Below are positions 9,429-19,104 of a stretch of 64,000 nucleotides of DNA, piece after piece. Position 1 is the first letter of the stretch. Every line of letters starts with the position of its first letter. Location of the stretch: the IMG/VR virus record IMGVR_UViG_3300032291_002405, positions 2,282-66,281 of that record; one strand, 5' to 3'. The translations under genes and the position numbers were made by a program. Origin of the DNA: a virus. The notes beneath the pieces were generated by a model that saw only the letters and a list, made by a program, of their open reading frames with translations, had not been told where the DNA came from and did not search any database.

Positions 9429-10313
9429 TTAGAATTTTCTAACCTCTTTTAATTCAAGTTCTATTTGTGATAATTTTGCCCGATAATTGGATATTCGTTG
9501 ATTTGCTGTATTAGTATAGTCTTCACTTAATTCAATACCAATCCATTTCCGACCTAAAAATTCTGCCGAAAGTGCCGTGGTCCCCGAACCCATGAATGGG
9601 TCCATTACGATATCTTCTTTGAATGATAATATTTTAATCGCCTTGGTTGGTATATCCATTGAAAATGTCGCCTTGGTTAATGGTCTTGAATCATTTAGAT
9701 ACTTCCACTGACCAAATACCAACTCCATAAATTCTTTCTTGTCATTATCATCATAAATCGTTTTATTTCTAAAAAATGCAGGATTATCCTTATCCGCAAC
9801 TTGACCCGATTCACCAACCCATTGAGGTGTACCTTTATTTATTTTTTTTGGTTGTTCTTTATAAGCAATTAAAATACACTCTTTCGGATTATAAATATAA
9901 GGTTGACTAGGACTCATCCAACTTCCCCACGCAGTTGTTTTACTCCTATGCGGACTATCTTCTTCAAGGTCAACAATCCCAAACCATTTATAACCAATTT
10001 TTTTCATAATGTTCCATATTTCTGAAACAATAAAAACTCTACCACCTCTATCTTTAAGATTAATTTCATATGGAATATTAAGTGCAATTCTACCATCAGA
10101 TTTCAGAACTCTAAAAGCAGATGTAAGCCATTCTTCACTGAATTTTAAATATTCATCAATATACATTTCATCATCATGTACGTCATATTTAATACCTACA
10201 CCGTAAGGACAACTGGTTACAATTAAATCAATACATCTTTCTTCCATCTCATTCATTACCGTCCGGCAATCACCATTAATTATTGTATTTGTAATACTCT
10301 CTAAATTTCTCAT
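9429..10313 (-). CDS. DNA methyltransferase, N4/N6 beta class
   Basis: IINGDC, TSCPY (SPPY variant), DPFMGSGTT, GIELS. Confidence 0.92.
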   Translation of the reverse strand: MRNLESITNTIINGDCRTVMNEMEERCIDLIVTSCPYGVGIKYDVHDDEMYIDEYLKFSEEWLTSAFRVLKSDGRIALNIPYEINLKDRGGRVFIVSEIWNIMKKIGYKWFGIVDLEEDSPHRSKTTAWGSWMSPSQPYIYNPKECILIAYKEQPKKINKGTPQWVGESGQVADKDNPAFFRNKTIYDDNDKKEFMELVFGQWKYLNDSRPLTKATFSMDIPTKAIKILSFKEDIVMDPFMGSGTTALSAEFLGRKWIGIELSEDYTNTANQRISNYRAKLSQIELELKEVRKF

Positions 10314-11076
10314 ATTTTTCTTTTTTTCTTTCTAAATAAATTGTTGCGTTTTTATAAATGTAATTATAAAATTTGAGATTTCCTAATTTATCTTGTATAT
10401 GTAGTGAAATATTAGAATAACACTTAATATCAATATCATTTTCTTTTAATATTTCAATTATTTGGTTTCTAAATTTTTCCGAAACACATAGTAAAGAAGT
10501 ATGAGGTCTCAATGTTTTTAAATCGAATGAAAAACATCCATCACCATCAAAAAATCCTCTAATGAAATGATTCATATATTCTTTATCAATATTAGGAAAT
10601 TCTATTGTAAATGTTTTCCTTGAGTGTATACCTTGTTGTTTGATTGAATTGACCAAACTATTAGAATATATGGCCAAATAACACATATGGGATTCTGAAA
10701 ACCCTGATTTATACTTAACTTTATTAAAAGATTCCTTGATTTTATGATTAGAACCTATAGAATTTCTGAATTTTTTCAAATGTTCTATGTCTTTTATTGA
10801 TAGTTTCATTTCTAATGAATTACCACTCTTTCTTTCTCTTATATAACCATCGGCATATAAAAATCCAAGCCAATAAGAACTTTCTTGATTATCAATTATG
10901 TTAAAATAATTATTGTTTACAACGTGTCTTCTATTTGTTAAATTAAATCCATTTGATTTAAGAACCCGTATAATGGGTGTTATTGACACATTAAAATATT
11001 TCGCAACTTTATGAATACTTTTCAATTCATTATATTGACTTATAACATCACACTCATTTAATAATAACTTCCCCAT
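10276..11076 (-). CDS. LAGLIDADG homing endonuclease (two motifs, N-terminal HTH)
   Basis: YWLGFLYADG and FIRGFFDGDG; TATTTAT at 11081-11087. Confidence 0.92.
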   Translation of the reverse strand: MGKLLLNECDVISQYNELKSIHKVAKYFNVSITPIIRVLKSNGFNLTNRRHVVNNNYFNIIDNQESSYWLGFLYADGYIRERKSGNSLEMKLSIKDIEHLKKFRNSIGSNHKIKESFNKVKYKSGFSESHMCYLAIYSNSLVNSIKQQGIHSRKTFTIEFPNIDKEYMNHFIRGFFDGDGCFSFDLKTLRPHTSLLCVSEKFRNQIIEILKENDIDIKCYSNISLHIQDKLGNLKFYNYIYKNATIYLERKKEKYEKFREYYKYNN

Positions 11077-11157
11077 ACTAATAAATATTGTTTAAATTGT
11101 GTATGTTGAGTTATTTTTCATGTTTCTACCATATTTTACTTTTCTTTTAGTTTTTCA

Positions 11158-11646
11158 TTAAAAATCAGGATTTGTGATTCGTAAATCATAGTCAGTAAAT
11201 TCCGCAAAGTCTAATTCATCAGCATTGATTCTTCTATCCATATTGTCACCCGGCATATTCCTAATTGATAATCTTTCTTTTCTTGTGTCTTTATCAATAT
11301 CGACATAAATAATAAAAGAATTTTTCCTATCTTCAGATTTAATTCGTGAAACGCCCGAAGGTGTCATTACAAATAAATCATCGGTATGAAATTGACTAAC
11401 AGATGTACCATAAACCCAACCATTAAACATAACATGTTCATAGAAAAAACCAGAATTAATTAGATTTTCCGCATCATCATTAGTGATAAAGTTATAATCT
11501 TTACCATTAATTTCCCCATCTCTTGGAGGTCTCGTCGTATATGTCACAGCATATTTGAACCCACGTGATTCAAATATCTTCCTCAGGTGGTCTTTACCTG
11601 ACGCCGCTTTCCCAACAATTATTGTTCGTTTATGATTTGACTTCAT
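11158..11646 (-). CDS. gmk: guanylate kinase-like
   Basis: GKAASGKD P-loop, TTRPPRDGEINGKDYNF, YGT. Confidence 0.88.
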   Translation of the reverse strand: MKSNHKRTIIVGKAASGKDHLRKIFESRGFKYAVTYTTRPPRDGEINGKDYNFITNDDAENLINSGFFYEHVMFNGWVYGTSVSQFHTDDLFVMTPSGVSRIKSEDRKNSFIIYVDIDKDTRKERLSIRNMPGDNMDRRINADELDFAEFTDYDLRITNPDF

Positions 11647-11650
11647 ATTT

Positions 11651-11851
11651 TTATTGATTTTTAATTACATAATAATCTTTACCGATTTGTCGGTTATACT
11701 CAATAACAATTCCATTTTTTTCCATATCTTTTAATAGATATTTCGCATCTTCAGGTGTTATTTTTAGTAAGTGTGAAACAAAATTAATATGTAATGGATT
11801 TTTTAATTGAACCATTAACTTTTTTTCCTGACTAGGTGTTAATGTAACCAT
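11651..11851 (-). CDS. small winged-helix-like hypothetical protein
   Basis: 66-aa ORF in the operon. Confidence 0.6.
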   Translation of the reverse strand: MVTLTPSQEKKLMVQLKNPLHINFVSHLLKITPEDAKYLLKDMEKNGIVIEYNRQIGKDYYVIKNQ

Positions 11852-12003
11852 TACTTTTTTACAGGTTTAATTCTTGAATCTTTTTTCCATAATTCTTTGG
11901 GTACATATTCCCAACCTAAAAAAGATTGTCTAATTAGTTTATCAGCTTCTTTATCTTGCATTCTTTTAATCTCACCTGTTTTACTATTTTTTAATGTTTT
12001 CAT
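11851..12003 (-). CDS. small hypothetical protein (50 aa; absent from the ORF track)
   Basis: Translated by hand: MKTLKNSKTGEIKRMQDKEAD...GWEYVPKELWKK...; stop overlaps the next start. Confidence 0.7.
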   Translation of the reverse strand: MKTLKNSKTGEIKRMQDKEADKLIRQSFLGWEYVPKELWKKDSRIKPVKK

Positions 12004-12021
12004 ATTATTAATTTTAATTTT

Positions 12022-12831
12022 TTATTTTTCATATGATGAAAATCGATTTACCGCAATATCAAAATCATCCTTTTCTTTCTCAATACCTAAAAATTTTCTA
12101 CCACTTTTTAAACAAGCAACACCAGTTGTTCCTGAACCCATTGTATTGTCTAACACAACATCGCCAATATCGGTATAGGTTTTAATCAACCATTCTAACA
12201 TGTCTATTGATTTTTCAGTCCTATGTAACGCTTTACTTGGGTGCGTTTTTTGAAACGATATAATACTTTTAGGGTACTTTTGGGTCGACCCGGCTCTGTT
12301 GTCGTCAGTTATTTGAAATTCACCGTAATTCTGATTCTTAGGTTTTTTATTTTTAAATGACTTTCCCTTGGAATGTAATGGTTTTCCTTCAGTGTATTGT
12401 GGATTATATTTCGGTAATTTCTTATAAAAAACCGCAATGTTTTCATGTACTCTTAATGGCATTCTATTCGCATTTAAAAACCCTGAAATTAATTGTTTGT
12501 CCCAAACTAAATCATATCTAAATATCTTTCTGTTGGAATTCACTAAGTCAATAAAAAATAAGCCCTGACCGAATAAAACTATCGCACCATTATCTTTAAT
12601 AACCCTTTCATATTCTTTCCAAAGTTTGTCAAATGGTAATGTAATATCTTTATCGTTTTGAGTTATTCCATATGGTAAGTCGCAACAAATCATATCAATA
12701 CTTTTATCAGGAATATGTGGGAATACATCAAAACAATCCGCCCAAAATAATGTACTATTTTCTACTTTGTGAATATGATTCGTAGAATTTAAATTCTCAG
12801 TCCATTCGAAATTGGTATTTTCTATTTTCAT
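12022..12831 (-). CDS. DNA methyltransferase, N4/N6 beta class
   Basis: CDLPYG, HRTEK, LDNTMGSGTTG; likely start MKIEN at 12831. Confidence 0.92.
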   Translation of the reverse strand: MKIENTNFEWTENLNSTNHIHKVENSTLFWADCFDVFPHIPDKSIDMICCDLPYGITQNDKDITLPFDKLWKEYERVIKDNGAIVLFGQGLFFIDLVNSNRKIFRYDLVWDKQLISGFLNANRMPLRVHENIAVFYKKLPKYNPQYTEGKPLHSKGKSFKNKKPKNQNYGEFQITDDNRAGSTQKYPKSIISFQKTHPSKALHRTEKSIDMLEWLIKTYTDIGDVVLDNTMGSGTTGVACLKSGRKFLGIEKEKDDFDIAVNRFSSYEK

Positions 12832-12841
12832 GTCATGAATT

Positions 12842-13042
12842 TTAAACATTTTTTGAATCTTTATCAATGTTCTTTTCCAACAATTTTATAATATCTTCCT
12901 TGTCGTAACCTTTTTTAAAATTATGAATAAAATTCCTTGACCATTTATCTTCGATTATTAGAACGTCAGCACTGAATAATTTTGAAACATCTTGACTTTG
13001 AATTATTGTCTGTTTATTGATGTATCTCTTATTAAACCCCAT
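12842..13042 (-). CDS. hypothetical protein
   Basis: MGFNKRYI 66-aa ORF. Confidence 0.65.
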   Translation of the reverse strand: MGFNKRYINKQTIIQSQDVSKLFSADVLIIEDKWSRNFIHNFKKGYDKEDIIKLLEKNIDKDSKNV

Positions 13043-13647
13043 TATTTCAAGTAACTTAAGACTTTATCTTTAATTCCTGATTGCTTAATCCCTTCTAAGG
13101 GATATTGAGTCCAAACAAAATTACTTAAACCCCAATCACTCTTTTTTGAACCGAAAAAAGAGTGGTATTCCAAACCCATATTTAAATCATCAATAGCAAC
13201 CCATTGTGTTACCGAAGGATTATCTCTTAACCAACGTGTAATCTCAAAATATCGTTCTTGTTCTCTACTTACATTTCTATACCAATTAAAATTATCGTGA
13301 TTAGGTAAAAATCCTTCTTCCAACCACTTTGTGTAATGAAACTCTTCGGTTACTCCGTATGGTTTTTTAATTATACCTTGTGATAGGTAATATTCACCAA
13401 GCTCTTCAATATTTGCATATAATCTCCAATCGGAACTAACAACAATTTCCGCATCTGTTTCTTCTAAGATTTCATTCAATATTTTAATCGCCTTTTTGTC
13501 AAAATTATCAAATCTATATTCCACAGGCATTTCAGAAACTGTCGTTGACAATTTATTATGTTCCCATTTTTTTTGTTTCTTAAGTCGAGAACCCCAATTA
13601 TTTGATAGACATATCACACCATCATTATCAAGAAAAATAACTTTCAT
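13042..13647 (-). CDS. HAD-superfamily protein (Swiss Army Knife RNA-repair-like HAD)
   Basis: VIFLDNDGV, IVVSSDWR, WVAIDD. Confidence 0.85.
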   Translation of the reverse strand: MKVIFLDNDGVICLSNNWGSRLKKQKKWEHNKLSTTVSEMPVEYRFDNFDKKAIKILNEILEETDAEIVVSSDWRLYANIEELGEYYLSQGIIKKPYGVTEEFHYTKWLEEGFLPNHDNFNWYRNVSREQERYFEITRWLRDNPSVTQWVAIDDLNMGLEYHSFFGSKKSDWGLSNFVWTQYPLEGIKQSGIKDKVLSYLK

Positions 13648-13665
13648 TTTACAAAAATACGAAAA

Positions 13666-13788
13666 TTATTTTTTATCTTCAAGTATCATTTTCCAATAAA
13701 GTTTTCGTAGTTTCTCACCAAGTTCATAATTATTATGTGTGTTTTCAACTAATTTTTTAATTTCTTCTACAATTTTTTGGTTATTCAT
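13666..13788 (-). CDS. small hypothetical protein (40 aa; absent from the ORF track)
   Basis: Translated by hand: MNNQKIVEEIKKLVENTHNNYELGEKLRKLYWKMILEDKK. Confidence 0.6.
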   Translation of the reverse strand: MNNQKIVEEIKKLVENTHNNYELGEKLRKLYWKMILEDKK

Positions 13789-14509
13789 ATATTGTATTTT
13801 GTTTTAATGTTTGTTGTACAAATGAATTTATTTTTCTTTTAACAATTGGTAATATCGTTTCTTCCAAAGGAATAAAATCACTAATACTATTTTTAACTTT
13901 TAAAACAAAAATTGGGTGATTAGGTTTTTTCTTCTCATATGGGTCATTAGATATTAGCTCAGGAATATTAATAGAATCTTTAGTTATTTTAATTTTCTTC
14001 AGTACCAATTTTTTTTCTTTTCTATTTCTTTTGAATTTTTTTAGTTCATATCGATATAAATAATTTTGATTATTATAATCAAAAAATACAAACCCTCTAC
14101 CTCTTTTCAGCTCATCCTCATTTTCAAGTAGTGCCAACCATAAAGATTCATAAATCGCAGACCATATCGATTTGGCAATTAAAAAATAGTCTCTAAATTT
14201 TTCTTCACCGTACTTTGCAATTCTCTTATATTCAGTATAATCTTGTGGTAACATTTCTGGTATGTCAAAATATTCCAAATCTGAAATTAAAACTTCATCG
14301 TCAATATCTTCTAAATCGTATTTTAGTTTAATATATTTGTCTTTTGAAGAAAGTGTTGAAAAACTTGCATAGTTTATCGAAATGTCTCTAAAGTGTGGGT
14401 ATAACTTGAATTTGTCTAAATCTTCTGCCGCCCTTTTAAAATATGCCAACATTTTATACTCATGGTATTCAAAATCCATAGGCTCATCAACCATCCAATC
14501 TGTTCTCAT
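13781..14509 (-). CDS. hypothetical protein
   Basis: 242 aa, DW...DFEYHEYKMLAY N-terminus. Confidence 0.7.
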   Translation of the reverse strand: MRTDWMVDEPMDFEYHEYKMLAYFKRAAEDLDKFKLYPHFRDISINYASFSTLSSKDKYIKLKYDLEDIDDEVLISDLEYFDIPEMLPQDYTEYKRIAKYGEEKFRDYFLIAKSIWSAIYESLWLALLENEDELKRGRGFVFFDYNNQNYLYRYELKKFKRNRKEKKLVLKKIKITKDSINIPELISNDPYEKKKPNHPIFVLKVKNSISDFIPLEETILPIVKRKINSFVQQTLKQNTIYE

Positions 14510-14545
14510 ACCATCAATATAAACATTTATTACACAACATAAATG

Positions 14546-16348
14546 TTAATTTGTTCTAACAATATAATAATCGGTTTCACCTATCTTCTCAACATCATAT
14601 GACCCATCATACGAGTTTAACGACACACCATATCCGTCAGAATCAACGACCCCATCTATAAGTTTATCTAAATTAACCATATTATTATTTTCTACCCATA
14701 CCATATAATCAATACCAACATATTCCGCAACAAAAATTTTTGAATTTTCAGTATAAAATTTAACCTTATCGTCAATTATTCTATTTATCTCAGAATCGTC
14801 ATATTCACCATCAGGATAATCTTTAATTTCTTGAATTTCAGACTCAATTTCACTCAATCTTTCTTCAAGTTCATTAATTTTTTCATCAATTTCTTCTTCC
14901 AAATCTTCAGAATCATCATCTAAATCATTCTTTTCTTCTTGTAAATTTCCTATTAGTTGGTGGATATTTCTTTCTTCTTCTTGTAATTTTAGAATTTCTT
15001 TTTCTTGATTTCGACTTAACTCTTTATCTTCATCCTTAAGATAAACTTCGGGATTTTCTCTGATATCATAATCAAAGAATTCTCTAATGTAACTTTCAAT
15101 GTCACTTTTATCAACATAATTAAGAACAAATGATTGATTAAACCCTTCCAATCCAACATCATCTAAAAGATTTCTAACCGCTTCTTTTGAAGCATCATCG
15201 GCATCAGACTCGGTACCAACCGCATATTCCGCGCCACCGTGTTGAAAAACAGTTAAACCATAATGAGTATAATCACCAGGTATTATTTCATATATGTCTT
15301 GTTTGGACTCAAGGGCTTCTATTTCTACTCCTAACTCTGAAATTCGATTAACAATATCTGTTAGTTCTTCAGGATTTTCAGCATTATTGTAAATTGTTTC
15401 CAATTCTTCCAATTCGTTTCTGAAGTTTTCCAATTGTAATTTTTCTTCTTCGGTTATAGGTTCAATTTCATTTTGACCTATTAAATATTGAAATAATGCA
15501 TTCGCCTTTTCCGCCTCATCACAATCACCACAATCTTCTAAATTCCATTCATCGGAATCTCTTCTTTCTTGTTGTTCCGCCCTAATTCTTGCCAATCTTG
15601 TTGCTTCTCTTTGTCTGTTTAATCTTTGTCTTTCAAGTTCAGCGGCATTTTTATCAGACCAAATCTTAATTTGTTCGGCATATGTTGAATTCAAATAAGA
15701 CATAACTCTTGATAATATTTTTTCAAGTTTTTCTGTCCCAAACATCCAACCTGTCTTGAAAGAATCATCTACAGCATTGAAGTATGTTCTGTCCCCATCA
15801 TATTTTTGTAACAATGCAACTTTATATGTTGGGTCAGATGTTGATTTTGTTTTGTCAATGAAATAAAATAACTTTCCATCTTCATTGTACTTGTCAAAAT
15901 AAGAACCTGATGATGTTGTACACCATTTTGTACCTGCACCAAACTGACAAGACGCTTTATATGTTTTTGGCACAACAACTATCATTTTATCATCTTCATA
16001 AACAACATCAGCATCATCTATTGTTTTAATTTCCCGTCTTACCTTATTATCATATTCTTTTAACGCATTTTTAAGCTCAGATAATGTTTTATATTGATTA
16101 ATATCTTTTTGAGGTAAATTAGAACCAATTGTTGAAAATTTGGTCAATAAATTAAATACAATACTCAAATCGTCTTCAAAATTTCTTGGATTAATAACAT
16201 TACCCATAAAATCCAAATACTTGTTATTACCAACTAGAGCTTCTGACTTGTCAACAATCTTATTAAGTTGTTCTTCTGAAAACTTTTTTGAAAATTTCTG
16301 TATAAAATTTTCTTTTCTACCTTCTAATATTAAATTTACTAATGACAT
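14546..16348 (-). CDS. phage protein with ASC.FG..TKWC domain and coiled coils
   Basis: 600 aa; KDINQY, ASCQFGAGTKWCTT; TATTTAT upstream. Confidence 0.7.
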   Translation of the reverse strand: MSLVNLILEGRKENFIQKFSKKFSEEQLNKIVDKSEALVGNNKYLDFMGNVINPRNFEDDLSIVFNLLTKFSTIGSNLPQKDINQYKTLSELKNALKEYDNKVRREIKTIDDADVVYEDDKMIVVVPKTYKASCQFGAGTKWCTTSSGSYFDKYNEDGKLFYFIDKTKSTSDPTYKVALLQKYDGDRTYFNAVDDSFKTGWMFGTEKLEKILSRVMSYLNSTYAEQIKIWSDKNAAELERQRLNRQREATRLARIRAEQQERRDSDEWNLEDCGDCDEAEKANALFQYLIGQNEIEPITEEEKLQLENFRNELEELETIYNNAENPEELTDIVNRISELGVEIEALESKQDIYEIIPGDYTHYGLTVFQHGGAEYAVGTESDADDASKEAVRNLLDDVGLEGFNQSFVLNYVDKSDIESYIREFFDYDIRENPEVYLKDEDKELSRNQEKEILKLQEEERNIHQLIGNLQEEKNDLDDDSEDLEEEIDEKINELEERLSEIESEIQEIKDYPDGEYDDSEINRIIDDKVKFYTENSKIFVAEYVGIDYMVWVENNNMVNLDKLIDGVVDSDGYGVSLNSYDGSYDVEKIGETDYYIVRTN

Positions 16349-16443
16349 TATTTTTATATTTTAATTATAAATATTCAACACATAACAATATAAAAATTAT
16401 ATTGAATATTTATAATATATAAACCATTTAATTATTTTAAATT

Positions 16444-16575
16444 ATGAGCGGATGCGGATGTAAAGGTACAAAACCAACACAACCAACACAACCAACAACA
16501 CAAACAACAAACGAAGCGGTTTCAAAGGCGGTGAAAAAAACCGTTGAGAAGTATTATCAGAATGTTAAAAAATAA
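16444..16575 (+). CDS. small GCGCK-motif protein (43 aa; absent from the ORF track)
   Basis: MSGCGCKGTKPTQPTQPTT...; TATTTAT at 16407-16413; terminator downstream. Confidence 0.75.
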   Translation: MSGCGCKGTKPTQPTQPTTQTTNEAVSKAVKKTVEKYYQNVKK

Positions 16576-16592
16576 AACTTTGTTGGTGGTAT

Positions 16593-16622
16593 CAAAAGGG
16601 AAGTAAATTCTTCCCTTTTTTT
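16593..16622 (+). terminator. intrinsic terminator
   Basis: aaaagggaag-taaatt-cttcccttttt. Confidence 0.8.
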
Positions 16623-16636
16623 ATATTTATAAAAAT

Positions 16637-17671
16637 ATGGATTTAGAACAAATTATATATGATAATGATAGTAGTGAATTATTAGACGTTATTAAAAAGT
16701 ATTTCAATAATGACGGTGAATTCTTTTTTCAACATTTGATGGATGAAAATCTAATTCCTTCAGATAAAGTCAGTCAAGCATTATTTGATGTTTTTCCAAA
16801 TGAGTACATTTATTATTTAATTAAACAAAAAAAATATGAAATTGTTAAACAGTTTTTCGCATCTAACGTTAGTGATATTGAATATAAAGATGGTCGATAT
16901 TATTTAGAGATTGTTGATGTGTCTGAATTACACAAATTATTTCACAAAGATAATAAAGATTTTGTTGAAGAAGTGTTAAAAGATGATTATTACTATGATA
17001 GTTATCATCATGATAAATACTCAATTTACGATTTATTAGGTGATTTAAACGATAAAAATAAATCAAAATTGATTGAGCTAATTAAAGAATCCTCACTTAA
17101 TCGTAACATACAATTTGACGGGATTTCAGCGTTAATTGAATCTTTTATAGATTCTGATGGTTCCGATGATTCTTCATTTATATTAACAGGAGAAAGATTA
17201 AACGAAATCATAAGTAATGATGAGTTATCAGGTTTAATTGAAAATAGTCCTGATTTAATTGATTGGTACTCCACATTAAATAGTTCGTATAATCAAGCCT
17301 ATGATTATGCAATGACTGATGAAATACATGAAAAAATATATGGAGCTCTTAAAGATTTTTTTCACATACCAAAAGGTGAAAATTTGGGTACATATACAAC
17401 CAAAAAAGTTTACAATTACAAAAATGAAGTAAGAGATGTCGAAGTTTTATTAATCGATATTACAGATTTATTAATATCGTACATTAAAGAATCAGTTATG
17501 CTTGAACTTAATAATTGGTATGATACCGAATTGATTATGGGATATCATGGTTCCTTGTCCGATTTCTTATACGATTACTTTAGTATTTCAAGGATGAATT
17601 TGGATTATGTATATCCTGATAATTCAGCAGTAGTAGAATATTACAACCAAATTTTTAGTGATAATAATTAA
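16637..17671 (+). CDS. hypothetical acidic protein
   Basis: 344 aa; TATTTAT at 16624-16630. Confidence 0.7.
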   Translation: MDLEQIIYDNDSSELLDVIKKYFNNDGEFFFQHLMDENLIPSDKVSQALFDVFPNEYIYYLIKQKKYEIVKQFFASNVSDIEYKDGRYYLEIVDVSELHKLFHKDNKDFVEEVLKDDYYYDSYHHDKYSIYDLLGDLNDKNKSKLIELIKESSLNRNIQFDGISALIESFIDSDGSDDSSFILTGERLNEIISNDELSGLIENSPDLIDWYSTLNSSYNQAYDYAMTDEIHEKIYGALKDFFHIPKGENLGTYTTKKVYNYKNEVRDVEVLLIDITDLLISYIKESVMLELNNWYDTELIMGYHGSLSDFLYDYFSISRMNLDYVYPDNSAVVEYYNQIFSDNN

Positions 17672-17708
17672 TATTTAACTATTCAAATAAGTTTATTACA
17701 TTTAGTAC

Positions 17709-18575
17709 ATGTCAAATGAAAATTTACAGTACAATGCTTATTATGGTAATAATTTATGTAATTTATTAGCAAACTCAATTGTTGAAAACATAAAATCTTC
17801 GGACCCAAAATTATATATCAATATTTCAGTAACCAACGTGAATAGTTTTTTCATGGTATGTGGTGAAACAGAATACAAGGAACAAATTAATTTCACATCA
17901 CTTTTTACTGATGTGATGGATTTAATACCGAAACCAATGCAAACTATGGTTAAAGTTTTTGATTTGGTTGTCTATGGTGTTGAAAGAAAAAAAGAAACTA
18001 TCTTATATAAAGAAACATTTTCAAAATACAGTAAGAATCTTAAAGAAAATTATAATGATATTAAACTACTTGATAGTTTATCACATAGTGGTTTGTTTTG
18101 TAATTTACAACACTTTGACAAAAAAACCTTTATTCAGATTATTTCTAATGATAATGGTGTTGATAATCCAAATGGATTTGAATCCATGGATTTAACAAAC
18201 AAGGTTTTTAAATCTGAAGACATTTATGGAAAAGACTTATATAGTGTTAAATATATTTACATGTTATTTAGGTATATCGCATACACATTATTTGAGTCCA
18301 ATCTTTGTAAAAATGTTGAATTGTTAATTAACACTAATGCCAGTATCCACGACATATCACATGAAACAATTGGTTTTTCAGTTAATTCTGATTCTTTAAT
18401 TACCAATAAGGAATGGGTTGAAAGTTTAATATTGGATATATTCACATTTGAACCTGAAAAGGTTATTCAAGAACTAAACTTGGATACTTATGATTTTTCA
18501 AAAGAAATAATATTAAAAGAAGATACATATCCTTGGATGTTACGTGATAAATTGAAAGATATTGTGTTGGTTTAA
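17709..18575 (+). CDS. degenerate S-adenosylmethionine synthetase (MetK)-like protein
   Basis: [13 protein letters not shown], YGKD...RYIA...NLCKNVELL and F..[10 protein letters not shown]..YPW echo the MetK N- and C-domains; GHPDK and GGGAFS are absent. Confidence 0.65.
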   Translation: [288 protein letters not shown]

Positions 18576-19099
18576 ACTCTTTTGGAGTACCCCACCACTT
18601 GATAAAAATCTTTCTTACCTTCGCAATAATCTCGAACCAATTCTAACAAGGTTTTAAACATGAAAGCACCTGTTGTTTGTTTCTCATTAATTGAAAACAA
18701 CTCAATAAATGCTGTTAGCGTTTCTAATGAATAGTATCCGTGTCCCTGTAATGTTTGATACTTAGTTGACATCTTAGTTGGATACTTTAAAACATACGAT
18801 AATCTTTCATCTAAGGACTTAAAAGGTGATAAGTTATCGTAGATATCAATAAGTCCATTTACGAACCGTAGAGTGTCTGTTTTGTTGACATCCGCCTTAA
18901 CCAATAAATCAACTATCCAATGAGTATGACTAGGTGTACGTAATCGTTTACCTTCCTCTTTATACTTAAGAATGAAATCAAGTTCAGGATTTTCACCACG
19001 GAAGCCCTGATAAATAGCAATTTCAGTTACAGAATCTATTTTCCAATATTTGATTGGTGTATAATTAATCCCTTTCTTGGTGTAGTTTAGATGTTTCAT
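18572..19099 (-). CDS. hypothetical protein
   Basis: 175-aa ORF co-oriented with the MTase. Confidence 0.7.
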   Translation of the reverse strand: MKHLNYTKKGINYTPIKYWKIDSVTEIAIYQGFRGENPELDFILKYKEEGKRLRTPSHTHWIVDLLVKADVNKTDTLRFVNGLIDIYDNLSPFKSLDERLSYVLKYPTKMSTKYQTLQGHGYYSLETLTAFIELFSINEKQTTGAFMFKTLLELVRDYCEGKKDFYQVVGYSKRV

Positions 19100-19104
19100 T
19101 CTAT

